DNA of 56,056 nt from an uncultured Bacilli bacterium (GTDB lineage Bacteria > Bacillota_I > Bacilli_A > RF39 > UBA660): contig CALVVJ010000001.1 in the NCBI GenBank assembly GCA_944363835.1, forward strand, positions 1 to 56,056. The letters are read 5' to 3'. The position numbers were made by a program, and so were the translations under genes. The notes beneath the pieces are model-generated. The model saw only the letters and a list, made by a program, of their open reading frames with translations. It searched no databases and was not told the DNA's origin. Below, one piece after another: positions 15,481-27,175 of the stretch (position 1 is its first letter; every line of letters starts with the position of its first letter).

Positions 15481-15753
15481 ATGTCTAAAGTAGAATTAGT
15501 AGAATTAATTGCAAAGGAAGCAGGACTTACAAAAGCTGATGCTGCAAGAGCACTTGATGCAACACTTGCTGGTATTACTGCTGGCCTTAAAAAGGAAGGA
15601 AAAGTATCTCTAGTTGGATTTGGAACTTTCTCAGCAAAGAAAAGAGCTGCTCGTGAAGGTATCAATCCATTAACTAAAGAAGCTATTAAAATTCCTGCTA
15701 AGACAGTTGCTTCATTCAAAGCTGGAAGCAAATTAAAAGACGCTTTAAATTAA
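15481..15753 (+). CDS. hup: DNA-binding protein HU
   Basis: The sequence MSKVELVELIAKEAGLTKADAARALDA...GFGTFSAKKRAAREGINPLTKEAIKIPA is a classical HU sequence. GGAGG lies about 6 nt upstream of ATG 15481, and the ORF-track start 15466 overlaps this SD, so 15481 is preferred. Confidence 0.93.
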   Translation: MSKVELVELIAKEAGLTKADAARALDATLAGITAGLKKEGKVSLVGFGTFSAKKRAAREGINPLTKEAIKIPAKTVASFKAGSKLKDALN

Positions 15754-15778
15754 TTTAAAAAAATTAGTTAAAAAAATG

Positions 15779-15807
15779 AAAAGTTGGTGCAAATCAACTT
15801 TTTTTTC
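15779..15807 (+). terminator. Rho-independent terminator of hup
   Basis: The hairpin aaaagttg-gtgcaaat-caactttt is followed by a T-run. Confidence 0.7.
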
Positions 15808-15851
15808 TTGGGTTTTTAGGATATAATATAAAAAGAAGGGAGTAATTAATT

Positions 15852-16895
15852 ATGAAGAAAAGATCGATTATTTTAATTGTTTTAGGAGTAATTCTTCTAA
15901 TTATTCCTTTTTGCTTCAATAATTATAGTATTATCCGTTTAATATTATTAGCTTTAGGTATATTTTTAATAACTTTAAGTTTAGTATTCTTTAAGAAAAG
16001 AAACATATTTTTAATAATATTAACGCCGATTATTTTAATTTGTTTGTCTTATGCTATAGATACATTCTTATTTTATCAATTTAATCGCATTCCTTTATTT
16101 GTTTATGAAATAGAAAGTAGCCCTAAAATGCGTACTTATAATAGTTTTTTCTATCGTATCTTTGATTGTGATGGAAAACTTTCCTTAGATTATGGTTATA
16201 CTGGTGATTATGTATGTGAAGAAGATGACTTAGATACAATTGATATTAATACTTTTTTAGCAGATCCTACTAAAAGTTATGAAGAATATCATAATAAATT
16301 TGTTAAATTAAGTGGCAAAATAAGTAAAATCTCTGGTGCCGAAGCGATTGAACTTAGTTCTTATACTATAGGTGATAATACATTAAATGGTTATGTAAAT
16401 TTTAATACAAATTACGTAGTAAGAATTAATGTTGCTGAGTCTTTAAGTGCTTATCGAATTTATGATAATATTACTGTTATAGGACGAGTTACTAGTAAAA
16501 CTAATGAAAATGAAGTTGTAGTAATAAACTTAGATGATACGATGCTAATACCTAGTGATATATATGATACATATAGTTATGAATTAGTTAATAGTTCTAC
16601 TGCTGAGTTAACTAGTTTAGTAAGTGAACAAAATTATTATTTATATGGTATCTCAGCATTAAATGTTAAATATGCCAATGATGCTATTTATGAACTTAGT
16701 TACCTAATTACTGATTCAAGAATAACTTTAGATGATATCATCAGTGAAGCAAGTGCTACCAATTTATACGATGAAGAAGAAGTATTACAAGCTAAATTAT
16801 ATGAATTAGATAAGTTTAATGTCTTAGTATGTGAAAATGACAAAAAAATAATTGGTAATAAAGATTTTGACTTAACTATTGATTTATGCAAATAG
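15852..16895 (+). CDS. Membrane protein of unknown function (three N-terminal TM helices plus an extracytoplasmic domain)
   Basis: It has hydrophobic N-terminal segments and an RBS-like gggag upstream. No recognisable motifs were seen. Confidence 0.6.
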   Translation: MKKRSIILIVLGVILLIIPFCFNNYSIIRLILLALGIFLITLSLVFFKKRNIFLIILTPIILICLSYAIDTFLFYQFNRIPLFVYEIESSPKMRTYNSFFYRIFDCDGKLSLDYGYTGDYVCEEDDLDTIDINTFLADPTKSYEEYHNKFVKLSGKISKISGAEAIELSSYTIGDNTLNGYVNFNTNYVVRINVAESLSAYRIYDNITVIGRVTSKTNENEVVVINLDDTMLIPSDIYDTYSYELVNSSTAELTSLVSEQNYYLYGISALNVKYANDAIYELSYLITDSRITLDDIISEASATNLYDEEEVLQAKLYELDKFNVLVCENDKKIIGNKDFDLTIDLCK

Positions 16896-16918
16896 GGATT
16901 GACGAAAGTCCCTTTTTT
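16894..16918 (+). terminator. Rho-independent terminator
   Basis: The hairpin agggatt-gacgaa-agtccct is followed by TTTTTT. Confidence 0.65.
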
Positions 16919-16959
16919 ATTGTATACTAATTGTATATCGAGAAAAGGGGAACTGGCCT

Positions 16960-17559
16960 TTGGAACACTATTTTACAAATAATTCGGATTTAAAAAGCGA
17001 AATAAGAGAGTTGCCATACACAATTAAAAATCAAAATTTTAAATTTTTGAGTGACAATGGTGTATTCGCTAAAAATAAAATAGATTATGCATCATCTTTT
17101 TTGGTAACTTCATTTTTAGAGAGTCATCCTGTACTTAATGGTTCCAAAGTTTTAGATGTCGGCTGTGGCTATGGCTTTATTGGCTTAGTTATTGGAAAGT
17201 TAACTAAGGCTACAATCGATTTAATAGACGTTAATAAACGGGCACTACATTTATGTGAACGTAATATAAAGATAAATAAAGTAGATAATTGCAATGCTTA
17301 CTTAAGTGATTGCTATGAGTTTGTTAAAAATAAATATGATTATATAGTAACCAACCCTCCGATTAGGGCTGGTAAGGAAGTAGTTAACAAAATTTTGTTA
17401 GGTGCAAAAGATTATTTGACGGAAAATGGCGAATTATGGTGCATTGTTCATAAAGATCAGGGTGCTAAATCGACAAAAAAGACGTTGGAGAAGTGCTATA
17501 ATGTGGAAGTAGTAGGTAAAAGCAAAGGTTTTTACTGCTTTAAAGCAAAAATTTGTTGA
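16960..17559 (+). CDS. Class I SAM-dependent methyltransferase, RsmC/YbxB-like
   Basis: It has a SAM motif (VLDVGCGYGFIG) and NPPIRAGK. Its position directly upstream of rpoB matches B. subtilis ybxB. It uses a TTG start preceded by aaagggg. Confidence 0.8.
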   Translation: MEHYFTNNSDLKSEIRELPYTIKNQNFKFLSDNGVFAKNKIDYASSFLVTSFLESHPVLNGSKVLDVGCGYGFIGLVIGKLTKATIDLIDVNKRALHLCERNIKINKVDNCNAYLSDCYEFVKNKYDYIVTNPPIRAGKEVVNKILLGAKDYLTENGELWCIVHKDQGAKSTKKTLEKCYNVEVVGKSKGFYCFKAKIC

Positions 17560-17653
17560 CAAAATTCTAATTAGGATATAGAATTTTAAATTGGTGGCAT
17601 ATTTATTTTTTTAAATAGAAATAGTCTTAAAAAATTGTGTATGGGGTGATATC

Positions 17654-20600
17654 GTGGCTTATAAAGTAAAAAAATTTGGTGACTATCGTGAAAGAAGAAG
17701 TTTTTCGAGAACGAAAAACGTTTTGGAGTTGAATGATTTACTAGAAATCCAAAAGAAAAGCTATCAACAATTTTTGGAAGTAGGAATCAAAGAAATATTT
17801 GATGATTTATTTCCAGTGGAAAGTTTTACAGGTAATATTTCTCTAGAATTTGGAGATTATTATTTTGATGAACCGAGATACTCTATCAAAGAAGCTAAAG
17901 AAAGAATGGTTAACTATGCTGCACCACTTAAGGTAGAAGCACGTCTTTTTGTGCATGAAACCGGTGAAGTAAAAGAACAAACTATTTTCTTGGGTGACAT
18001 GCCATTAATGACTGAAGCAGGAACATTTATTATTAATGGTGCTGAAAGAGTAATCGTTTCTCAACTTGTACGTAGTCCAAGTGTCTATTTCAAAAAGGAA
18101 ATCGATAAAAATGGACGTCATATTATAAGTGGAGAATTGATACCTAATAAAGGTACTTGGTTAGAATACGAAACAGATGCTCGTGATGTATTATATGTTC
18201 GTATCGATAGAACTAGAAAAGTAACTGTAACGACACTTTTGCGTGCTTTAGGTTTATCTAGTGACGAAGATATTATTAGTATTTTCGGAGACAATCCATA
18301 TATTGAAAATACTTTAGAAAAGGATAGTACTAATAATACTGATGAAGCATTAATTGAAATTTATGAAAAATTACGTCCAGGAGAACCTGCAACTTTAGAC
18401 TCATCTAAGAATCAACTTATTACAAGATTCTTTGATCGTTTCCGTTATGATTTAGCAAAAGTTGGCCGTTATAAATTTAACAAAAAATTAAATGTTTTAG
18501 ATAGATTATTAGGTCTTACGCTAGCTGAACCAATAATTGATGGAGATAAGGTTATTGTTGAAAGTAATACAGTTATTACTAAAGAAATACTTGAAGAAAT
18601 TCGTCCGTTATTTGCTAGTGGTCTAAATATAAAAGAAATTCAAATTAACAATGAATTAGATGATTATAATAAAGTTCAAACTGTTAAGGTAGTAGACCCA
18701 ACTGATGCTAAGAAAACAATGACAATAATTGGTACTGACCCTTCAGTTGATGTTCGTCGTCTTACAATACCAGATGTGTATGCTTCCCTAAATTATTATA
18801 TAGGATTACATTATGGTATCGGTACTGATGATGAAATCGATAACTTAGGAAATCGTCGTGTTCGTCAAGTTGGAGAACTTATTCAAAATCAATTTAGAAT
18901 TGGTATGGCGAGAATGGAAAGAGTTATTCGTGAAAGAATGACTACTCAAGATATTGAAACAGTTACTCCAAAGACTTTAATCAATATTCGTCCGGTAACT
19001 GCAGCCCTAAAAGAATTCTTTGGTTCATCGCAACTTTCTAAGTTCATGGATCAAATTAACCCAATTGCTGAACTTACTGATAAAAGACGTTTATCAAGTC
19101 TAGGACCTGGTGGACTTTCTCGTGACCGTGCAGGTATGGATGTTCGTGACGTTAATGCTTCCCACTATGGTCGTATTTGTCCTATCGAATCTCCAGAAGG
19201 TCAAAATATCGGTCTTATTACTTCTCTTGCAGGATATGCTAAAGTTAATGAATATGGTTTCATTATGACTCCATATCGTAAAGTTGAAAACGGTGTTGTA
19301 ACTGATGAAATTGTTTACATGACTGCTGATGAAGAAAAAGATTACTATATATCTCAAGCAACTATTAAATTAACTGATAAAAACGAAATAGTTGAAGACG
19401 AAGTTATTGCTCGTTTAAATGGTGATACTGTTTATGTCGATAAGATGCATATTAATTATGTTGACGTTGCACCTTCCCAAGTTGTTGCGATTACAACAAG
19501 CTGTATTCCATTCCTAGAATTCGACGATGCTAATCGTACCCTAATGGGTGCCAACATGCAACGTCAAGCAGTACCTTTGCTTGAAACTGAAGCACCAATC
19601 GTTGGTACTGGTGTTGAATATATTGCAGCAAGAGATTCTGGTTCAACCATTGTTTGTAAAGCTGATGGTGTAGTAGATTATGCTGATGGTTTGAAGATTG
19701 TAGTTAATGTTGCTAAGGGTAAAGATACATATTACCTAGCTAACTTTGAAAGAAGTAATGCTTCATCTTGTATCAATCATCATCCTCTTGTTAAAAAGGG
19801 CGATAAAGTTCATCGCGGACAAGTTATTGCTGATGGACCTTCAACTGATCAAGGCGAACTTGCTTTAGGTAAGAATATGACTGTTGCTTTCATGACATTT
19901 AATGGTTATAACTATGAAGATGCCGTAATACTTAATGAAAGATTAGTTAAAGATGATGTTTATACATCACTTCATATTTCCCATTATGATATCGATTGTC
20001 GTGATACTAAATTAGGACCAGAAGAAATTACGAGAGATATTCCAAATGTTGGGGAAGATGCTCGTAAGAACCTAGATGCTGATGGTATTGTTAGAATCGG
20101 TACTGAAGTTAAAGAAGGTGATATCCTTGTTGGTAAAGTTACTCCAAAAGGAATGCAAGAATTAACTAGTGAAGAAAAATTATTACATGCTATATTCGGT
20201 GAAAAAACTCGTGAAGTAAGAGATACATCTTTGCGTGTTGAACATGGTGCTGGTGGTATTGTTCATGATGTTAAAGTTTATACAAAAGAAAACTCTGATG
20301 AACTACCTGCTGGTGTATCAAAAGTAATAAGAGTATATATTATTCAAAAACGTAAGATTCAAGTTGGTGACAAGATGTCTGGTCGTCACGGAAATAAAGG
20401 GGTTATATCATTAATTCTTCCAGAAGAAGATATGCCTTACTTGCCAGATGGTCGCCCTGTTGATATCATGTTAAACCCTCTAGGTGTTCCATCTCGTATG
20501 AATATTGGTCAAATTCTAGAAGTACACTTAGGAATGGCTGGTAAGAAGTTGGGTGTTCATTATGCAACTCCAGTATTCGATGGTGCAACTTGGGCAGATA

Positions 20601-21250
20601 TTATGGAAGAAATGAAAGAAGCTGGTATGGCCGAAGATGGTAAAGTTGAACTTCGTGATGGACGTACTGGTGAACTATTTGATCATCGTATCAATGTTGG
20701 GGTAATGTATATGGTAAAACTTCATCACATGGTTGATGATAAACTTCATGCTCGGGCTACAGGACCTTATTCTCTTGTTACACAACAACCACTTGGTGGT
20801 AAAGCCCAATTTGGTGGTCAAAGATTCGGAGAAATGGAAGTTTGGGCACTATATGCTTATGGTGCATCACATGTCCTACAAGAAATTCTTACAGTTAAAG
20901 CCGATGATATTACTGGTCGTGTTAAAGTTTATGAATCTTTAGTTAAAGGTAAAGTCATTGATCAAGCTGGTGTACCAGAATCATTCCGAGTTTTAGTTAA
21001 AGAATTCCAAGCTCTAGGCTTAGATGTTCAAGTGATAAATGATTCAGATGAAGTAGTAGAATTTAAAGACATTGAAGAAGACGAAGATGACTCAGATGCC
21101 TTTAGAATCGAAGAAATAGATGTTACAACTAATGATTTACAACCAGAAGAACCTATCGATGATTATGTCGAAGAAGATGAAGAAGAAGATTTAGATGATT
21201 TGGAATTTCCAGGTGTCGAAGAAACTGATACCATGGATGAAGGGGAGTAG
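17654..21250 (+). CDS. rpoB: DNA-directed RNA polymerase subunit beta
   Basis: Conserved blocks run throughout ([53 protein letters not shown]). It uses a GTG start with an SD. It has an acidic C-terminal tail. Confidence 0.98.
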   Translation: MAYKVKKFGDYRERRSFSRTKNVLELNDLLEIQKKSYQQFLEVGIKEIFDDLFPVESFTGNISLEFGDYYFDEPRYSIKEAKERMVNYAAPLKVEARLFVHETGEVKEQTIFLGDMPLMTEAGTFIINGAERVIVSQLVRSPSVYFKKEIDKNGRHIISGELIPNKGTWLEYETDARDVLYVRIDRTRKVTVTTLLRALGLSSDEDIISIFGDNPYIENTLEKDSTNNTDEALIEIYEKLRPGEPATLDSSKNQLITRFFDRFRYDLAKVGRYKFNKKLNVLDRLLGLTLAEPIIDGDKVIVESNTVITKEILEEIRPLFASGLNIKEIQINNELDDYNKVQTVKVVDPTDAKKTMTIIGTDPSVDVRRLTIPDVYASLNYYIGLHYGIGTDDEIDNLGNRRVRQVGELIQNQFRIGMARMERVIRERMTTQDIETVTPKTLINIRPVTAALKEFFGSSQLSKFMDQINPIAELTDKRRLSSLGPGGLSRDRAGMDVRDVNASHYGRICPIESPEGQNIGLITSLAGYAKVNEYGFIMTPYRKVENGVVTDEIVYMTADEEKDYYISQATIKLTDKNEIVEDEVIARLNGDTVYVDKMHINYVDVAPSQVVAITTSCIPFLEFDDANRTLMGANMQRQAVPLLETEAPIVGTGVEYIAARDSGSTIVCKADGVVDYADGLKIVVNVAKGKDTYYLANFERSNASSCINHHPLVKKGDKVHRGQVIADGPSTDQGELALGKNMTVAFMTFNGYNYEDAVILNERLVKDDVYTSLHISHYDIDCRDTKLGPEEITRDIPNVGEDARKNLDADGIVRIGTEVKEGDILVGKVTPKGMQELTSEEKLLHAIFGEKTREVRDTSLRVEHGAGGIVHDVKVYTKENSDELPAGVSKVIRVYIIQKRKIQVGDKMSGRHGNKGVISLILPEEDMPYLPDGRPVDIMLNPLGVPSRMNIGQILEVHLGMAGKKLGVHYATPVFDGATWADIMEEMKEAGMAEDGKVELRDGRTGELFDHRINVGVMYMVKLHHMVDDKLHARATGPYSLVTQQPLGGKAQFGGQRFGEMEVWALYAYGASHVLQEILTVKADDITGRVKVYESLVKGKVIDQAGVPESFRVLVKEFQALGLDVQVINDSDEVVEFKDIEEDEDDSDAFRIEEIDVTTNDLQPEEPIDDYVEEDEEEDLDDLEFPGVEETDTMDEGE

Positions 21251-24200
21251 GTGAGTTTAATGATAGATGTAAGTAAATTTAAAGGAATAAAGGTAAGTAT
21301 TGCTTCACCAGAAAAGATTCGTTCTTGGTCATATGGGGAAGTAAAAAAACCTGAAACTATCAACTATCGGACCCTAAAGCCTGAAAGAGATGGCTTATTC
21401 TGCGAAAAGATATTCGGACCAACTAAGGATTTCGAATGTAGTTGTGGAAAATATAAAAGATTAAGATATAAAAATATTATTTGTGACCGTTGCGGTGTTG
21501 AAGTAACTCGCTCTAAAGTAAGACGTGAAAGAATGGGGCACATTGAACTTGCTGCTCCTTGCTCTCACATCTGGTTCTTTAAAGGCGTTCCATCTAAGAT
21601 GGGCCTTGTTCTAGACATGTCTCCGCGTGACTTAGAAGAAGTATTATACTTTGTTTCATACGTGGTAATAGACCCAGGTTCTGCACCTTTAGAAGTAAAA
21701 CAAACCTTATCAGATAAAGAATACCGTGCTTATTATGAAAAATATGGTAATTCATTTACTGTAGGTATGGGTGCAGAAGCCATTAAAGAATTACTTAAAC
21801 GTGTTGATTTAGATAAAGAAATCGCCGACTTACGTGCTGAACTAGAAAATACTACTGGTCAAAAACGTATTCGTTTAGTAAAAAGACTTGATTGCTTAGT
21901 AGCATTCCAAGAAAGTGGTAATAAACCTGAATGGATGGTTCTAGATGTATTACCTGTAATACCTCCAGAACTTCGTCCAATGATTCAACTTGATGGTGGT
22001 CGTTTTGCTACGAGTGACTTAAATGATTTATACAGAAGAATTATAAATAGAAATAATCGTTTAAAGAAATTACTTGAACTTGGAGCACCAACTATCATTG
22101 TTCAAAATGAAAAACGTATGCTTCAAGAAGCTGTTGACTCTCTATTTGATAATGGTCGTCGTGGTAGAAGTATTACTGCTGCAAGTAATCGACCACTTAA
22201 GAGTTTATCTAGTATGCTTAAGGGTAAACAAGGTCGTTTCCGTCAAAACTTACTAGGTAAAAGAGTTGACTACTCAGGACGTTCTGTTATCGTAGTTGGA
22301 CCAAATCTTAAGATGTATCAATGTGGTTTACCTAAAGAAATGGCTATTGAATTATTTAAACCACATGTAATAAATGGTATAGTAGAACGTGGTTTAGCCC
22401 ATAACATTAAGGGGGCTAAAAAGTTAATTGATGCTCGTGATGAAGCAGTATGGGATATTGTTGAAGATGTAATTACTGAATACCCTGTGCTATTAAACCG
22501 TGCTCCAACACTTCATAGACTTGGTATCCAAGCATTTGAACCAGTTTTAGTTGGTGGTAAAGCAATTCGTCTTCACCCATTAGTATGTACAGCCTTTAAC
22601 GCTGACTTCGATGGAGACCAAATGGCTGTTCACGTACCACTTTCTGAAGAAGCCAAAGCCGAAGCAAGAATTCTTATGCTTGGGGCTAACAACATCTTAA
22701 ATCCTAAAGATGGAAAACCAATCGTTACCCCATCACAAGACATGGTATTAGGTAATTGTTATTTAACCATCGAATATGCTGGTGAACCTAATGAAGGACA
22801 TGTGTATAAAGACCCTAATGAAGCTTTAATGGCATATGAAAGAAGAGAAATAACTCTTCATACTAGAATTGCTATTCCAGTTAAATCATTTAAATATAAA
22901 TTATTTACCGAAGAACAACAAGATAAATATTTAGTTACTACCGTAGGTAAGATTAAATTTAATGAAATTTTACCAGATACTTATCCATTTGTTAATGAAG
23001 GTACTAAAGAAAACATTGAAGGAATAACTCCAAGTAAATATTTCTTACCAATGGGTGTAAATATTCCAGAAGAAATTGCTAAAATGCCATTAGTACAACC
23101 ATTCATTAAGAAAACATTAGGTCAATTAATTGCTCAAGTATTTAAAAGATATAAAACAACTGAAACATCAATAATGCTTGATAAATTAAAAGATTTAGGA
23201 TTTAAGTATTCAACTGTTGCTGGTGTAACCGTATCTATTGCTGACGTTGTTAGAAGTGATGACAAGCACGAAATTATCGAAAGAGCAAAAGCTAAAGTAG
23301 ATAAAATTAACAAACAATATCAAAGAGGTTTAATTACTGAAGAAGAAAGATATGAAAATGTTATTGCTTCATGGAATAATGCAACCGATGAAATTAAAGA
23401 TGAACTTGCTGAATTAAGTAAGAATAATTATGATAACCCAATATTCATGATGATGAACAGTGGTGCTCGTGGATCTATTTCCAACTTCACCCAACTTGCT
23501 GGAATGCGAGGACTTATGGCTAAACCAGATGGTTCTACCGTAGAAATTCCAATCACATCATCATTCATCGAAGGCTTATCTGTATCCGAATTCTTCTTAT
23601 CAACCCATGGTTCAAGAAAAGGTTCTGCCGATACAGCCCTTCGTACTGCTGACTCAGGTTACTTAACTCGTCGTTTAGTTGACGTAGCTCAAGATATTAT
23701 CGTTAAAGATTACGATTGTGGTTCAGTTCAAGGTTTAGTTGTATATGACTTAGTTAATGACAAAGACGGTACGATTATAGAACCACTTGCAGAACGTATT
23801 TTAGGTCGTTTTGCTTCTAAGAAAATCGTTAATCCTGAAACTAAAGAAGTTATTGTTGAAGCTGGCGAAATGATTACTGAAAATGCTGTCGCTAAAATTA
23901 CTAAAGCTGGTATCAAGAAAGTTGAAATTAGAAGCATTCTTACATGTAAATCTAATAATGGGGTATGTCAAAAATGTTATGGACGTAACCTTGCAACTGG
24001 CAACTTAGTTGAAAAAGGCGAAGCAGTAGGTATTATGGCTGCTCAATCAATTGGTGAACCTGGTACCCAACTTACCATGCGTACATTCCACTCTGGTGGT
24101 GTTGCCCATGGTGGAGATGCCGATATTACTCAAGGGCTTCCAAGAGTTGAAGAATTATTTGAAGCTCGTATGCCAAAAGGTAAAGCAACTATTGCTGAAA

Positions 24201-24937
24201 TTGGTGGTAAAGTTATCGGTATCGAAGAACAAAATGGTAAACATTTAATTACTATTGAAAATGAAGCAGGTGTAAGAGAACATGTCACAAACTACAATAT
24301 GAAAGTTCGTGTCAGTGTTGGAGATACTGTTGAAGCAGGTGATAAACTTACTGAAGGTGTTATTTCACCTAAAGAATTACTTGCGGTAACAGACCCACTT
24401 ACTGCTCAAGAATATATTTTAAAAGAAGTTCAAAAAGTATATAAATTACAAGGTGTTGATATTTCCGATAAACATATCGAAATTATCGTTAAGAGAATGA
24501 TTAACAAAGTACGTATTACTGACGCTGGTGATACTGACTTTGTCGAAGGCTTAACAGTTTCACTAAGAGAATTTACTGAAGGCAATAAACCAGTAATTAT
24601 GGCTGGTAAAGTTCCTGCTAAAGGAAATCCAATCATGCTTGGTATTACTAAGTCTTCTCTTGAAACAGATTCATTCTTATCAGCAGCATCTTTCCAAGAA
24701 ACAACTCGTGTTTTAACTGATGCCGCAATTCATGGTAAAGTAGATACTCTTCAAGGATTAAAAGAAAATGTTATAATTGGTAAATTAATCCCTGCTGGTA
24801 CTGGTTATAAACAATATAGCGATATTAAGATCGAATTAGAAAAAGAAATATTGAATGACGATGCTAGCGAAGTTTTAGAAGAAAAATTAATGGATGATGC
24901 TGATATATCATTAAGTGATTTAAATCCTACAGAATAA
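21251..24937 (+). CDS. rpoC: DNA-directed RNA polymerase subunit beta'
   Basis: It has the Zn-binding motif [35 protein letters not shown] and the trigger-loop region. The real start may be ATG 21260 (MIDVSKFKG...). Confidence 0.98.
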   Translation: MSLMIDVSKFKGIKVSIASPEKIRSWSYGEVKKPETINYRTLKPERDGLFCEKIFGPTKDFECSCGKYKRLRYKNIICDRCGVEVTRSKVRRERMGHIELAAPCSHIWFFKGVPSKMGLVLDMSPRDLEEVLYFVSYVVIDPGSAPLEVKQTLSDKEYRAYYEKYGNSFTVGMGAEAIKELLKRVDLDKEIADLRAELENTTGQKRIRLVKRLDCLVAFQESGNKPEWMVLDVLPVIPPELRPMIQLDGGRFATSDLNDLYRRIINRNNRLKKLLELGAPTIIVQNEKRMLQEAVDSLFDNGRRGRSITAASNRPLKSLSSMLKGKQGRFRQNLLGKRVDYSGRSVIVVGPNLKMYQCGLPKEMAIELFKPHVINGIVERGLAHNIKGAKKLIDARDEAVWDIVEDVITEYPVLLNRAPTLHRLGIQAFEPVLVGGKAIRLHPLVCTAFNADFDGDQMAVHVPLSEEAKAEARILMLGANNILNPKDGKPIVTPSQDMVLGNCYLTIEYAGEPNEGHVYKDPNEALMAYERREITLHTRIAIPVKSFKYKLFTEEQQDKYLVTTVGKIKFNEILPDTYPFVNEGTKENIEGITPSKYFLPMGVNIPEEIAKMPLVQPFIKKTLGQLIAQVFKRYKTTETSIMLDKLKDLGFKYSTVAGVTVSIADVVRSDDKHEIIERAKAKVDKINKQYQRGLITEEERYENVIASWNNATDEIKDELAELSKNNYDNPIFMMMNSGARGSISNFTQLAGMRGLMAKPDGSTVEIPITSSFIEGLSVSEFFLSTHGSRKGSADTALRTADSGYLTRRLVDVAQDIIVKDYDCGSVQGLVVYDLVNDKDGTIIEPLAERILGRFASKKIVNPETKEVIVEAGEMITENAVAKITKAGIKKVEIRSILTCKSNNGVCQKCYGRNLATGNLVEKGEAVGIMAAQSIGEPGTQLTMRTFHSGGVAHGGDADITQGLPRVEELFEARMPKGKATIAEIGGKVIGIEEQNGKHLITIENEAGVREHVTNYNMKVRVSVGDTVEAGDKLTEGVISPKELLAVTDPLTAQEYILKEVQKVYKLQGVDISDKHIEIIVKRMINKVRITDAGDTDFVEGLTVSLREFTEGNKPVIMAGKVPAKGNPIMLGITKSSLETDSFLSAASFQETTRVLTDAAIHGKVDTLQGLKENVIIGKLIPAGTGYKQYSDIKIELEKEILNDDASEVLEEKLMDDADISLSDLNPTE

Positions 24938-24938
24938 G

Positions 24939-24964
24939 AAGATTGCTCCGGCAATCTTTTTTTC
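24939..24964 (+). terminator. Rho-independent terminator of rpoC
   Basis: The hairpin aagattgc-tccg-gcaatctt is followed by a T-run. Confidence 0.7.
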
Positions 24965-25016
24965 TTGACTAAATTCATAAATGTGTTAAAATAACATACA
25001 ACAAAAAGGGGGATTT

Positions 25017-25760
25017 ATGGAAAAAGTTTATGGTTTTACTAATGAAAATATAGGTGATTTTCCAAAACATTTTAATTTTGATAATGCCAATGTCTTAACG
25101 GTCTTAGGAAGTGGAGATCAATATTTTGTATCTCTTTTAAATGGCGCTAAAGATATAGAAGTATTTGACATAAATTACATTGCTTGGTATCACTTTATCT
25201 TAAAATATACAGCATTAAAAGTATTATCTTATGAAGATTTTTGTCAGATGTTTATTATAGATAATCTAGATAATTTAAATATTTATAATAAAATTACGCC
25301 TTATTTACCAGATGAAGTTAGATGGTTTTTTGATAAACTTATTAATTTAGGCAGAAAAATATCTTCAATTAAAATAAAAAATATTATCTTTGATAATGCT
25401 AAAATGAATAATATTCCTTATTTAGATGCTAAAACTTATTACAGACTACAAAGTATATTACAAAGGACAAATCTACCAATATTTTATAATTGCAATTTAT
25501 TAGATATTTTAAAATTTACCCAAAAGTCTTATGATATTGCCTTGTTTTCTAATATTTATCATTATTTAAGTTTAAGTGTAGAAGATTATCAAGAATTTTT
25601 AAATAAAATTAGTTGTCCAGAAATATTAGCATTATATACTTGGATTTTAAATAGGGAAGAAAAAAATAAGTTTATAAATAACGGCTTTGAAGTATACGAT
25701 ATTCCCGGAGTATTACATCAACAAGATTATATAATTAAATTACATCGTAAAAAGCAATAA
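25017..25760 (+). CDS. DUF3419/BtaA-like SAM-dependent methyltransferase-fold protein (tentative)
   Basis: VLTVLGSGDQYFVSLLNGAKDIEVFDINYIAWYHFILKYTALKVLSYEDFCQMF resembles the N-terminal SAM-binding block of DUF3419 proteins. This is by-eye recognition only. Confidence 0.45.
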   Translation: MEKVYGFTNENIGDFPKHFNFDNANVLTVLGSGDQYFVSLLNGAKDIEVFDINYIAWYHFILKYTALKVLSYEDFCQMFIIDNLDNLNIYNKITPYLPDEVRWFFDKLINLGRKISSIKIKNIIFDNAKMNNIPYLDAKTYYRLQSILQRTNLPIFYNCNLLDILKFTQKSYDIALFSNIYHYLSLSVEDYQEFLNKISCPEILALYTWILNREEKNKFINNGFEVYDIPGVLHQQDYIIKLHRKKQ

Positions 25761-25809
25761 TATTTGCTTTTTTTTCTTTATAATAATATAATTAACTAGG
25801 TGATTAATT

Positions 25810-27129
25810 ATGTATGAAAATAAGAAAATATTAATTCTTGGAGCTGCCAAAAGTGGAATTGCTGTTGCTAAACTTTTAGCGGATAAAAATAATGATATTA
25901 CTTTAAGTGATATTAATGATTTAAAAGAAGAAGATAAAAAAAATCTAGAAAATTTGGGAATAAAGATAATAATAACTTCTAATCAAGTAGATTTAATAGA
26001 TACATCTTATGACTTAGTTATTAAAAATCCTGCCATTATGTCTACTAGTGATATAGTCAAAAAGATAGAAGAATTAAATATTAGATGTGAAAATGAAATA
26101 GAAGTAGCGTATCATTTTTTGCCAAAAGATATAACCATAATTGGTGTTACAGGTTCGAATGGGAAAACAACAACTACGACAATTATTTATGAATTATTAA
26201 AAAAACATGGTAAAAGTGTAGTACTTGGTGGTAATATTGGTTATCCTTTAAGTTCTGTATTAGATCAAGTAAAATCTAAAGATATTCTATTGTTAGAAAT
26301 AAGTGATCATCAACTATGCGATATTCACGAATTTAAAACTAATATTAGCATTTTAACTAATATTTGCCCAACGCATTTAGACTATCATGGTTCATATGCT
26401 CATTATATGTTAACTAAAAAGAAAATTTTTAATCTTCATACCAATGCTGATATTGCAGTATTAAATAAAGCAAATGAAGACAGTTTAAAAATAAGTAAGG
26501 ATATTCCATCTAAAAAAATATATTTTAATGATGCTAATAATTATTATAAAGATGGCTTTATTTATCTTCATGGTGAACAATATTTAAATGTAGATGATAT
26601 TCGCTTAAAAGGAAGTCATAATTATGAAAATATTCTTGCAGCTCTTTTAGTGCTAGAAAATTTTAATTTAGATAAGTCTCTTGTCGTTGAATTCTTAAAA
26701 AATTTTGGTGGAGTAGCCCATCGTTTAGAATTTGTAGCTGAAAAGTCCGGAGTAGAATACTATAACGATTCTAAATCAACTAATCCTACTGCCACTATTA
26801 CAGCTTTAAAAACATTTCAAAAACCTATTCATCTTATCTTAGGAGGGCTAGACCGAAATCAAGATTTTAATGAATTAAATGCCTACATGCAACATGTGAA
26901 AAAAATCTATGCTATTGGTAGTGTTACTGACCGTCTTGCAGATTATGCTAAAGGAATAAATATTCCTTGCGAAAAATGTTATAATTTAAGAGATGCTATG
27001 TCTCAAATTGTAAAAAATGTTCAAAATGGGGAAGTAGTTTTGCTTTCTCCAGGCAGTTCATCCCAAGACCAATATGTGAAATTTGAAGATCGTGGGGATG
27101 AATTTAAAAATATAGTTGAAAAAATTTAA
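25810..27129 (+). CDS. murD: UDP-N-acetylmuramoylalanine--D-glutamate ligase
   Basis: It has an N-terminal Rossmann motif (ILGAAKSGIA), the Mur ligase P-loop GVTGSNGKTTTT, and the C-terminal blocks HRLEFV and YNDSKSTNP. Confidence 0.93.
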   Translation: MYENKKILILGAAKSGIAVAKLLADKNNDITLSDINDLKEEDKKNLENLGIKIIITSNQVDLIDTSYDLVIKNPAIMSTSDIVKKIEELNIRCENEIEVAYHFLPKDITIIGVTGSNGKTTTTTIIYELLKKHGKSVVLGGNIGYPLSSVLDQVKSKDILLLEISDHQLCDIHEFKTNISILTNICPTHLDYHGSYAHYMLTKKKIFNLHTNADIAVLNKANEDSLKISKDIPSKKIYFNDANNYYKDGFIYLHGEQYLNVDDIRLKGSHNYENILAALLVLENFNLDKSLVVEFLKNFGGVAHRLEFVAEKSGVEYYNDSKSTNPTATITALKTFQKPIHLILGGLDRNQDFNELNAYMQHVKKIYAIGSVTDRLADYAKGINIPCEKCYNLRDAMSQIVKNVQNGEVVLLSPGSSSQDQYVKFEDRGDEFKNIVEKI

Positions 27130-27175
27130 AGAAAAAGGTATAATTTAAATATATTGATAATAAGGGGCTGATATC

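Noticed and set aside
25750-25776. Similar sequences aaaaagcaat(aa)tatttgctttttttt at 25750 and 42896, considered as a dispersed repeat family
   Set aside because: Both are ordinary AT-rich rho-independent terminators directly after stop codons. Their similarity is limited to a short stem and the T-run, which is plausibly convergent.
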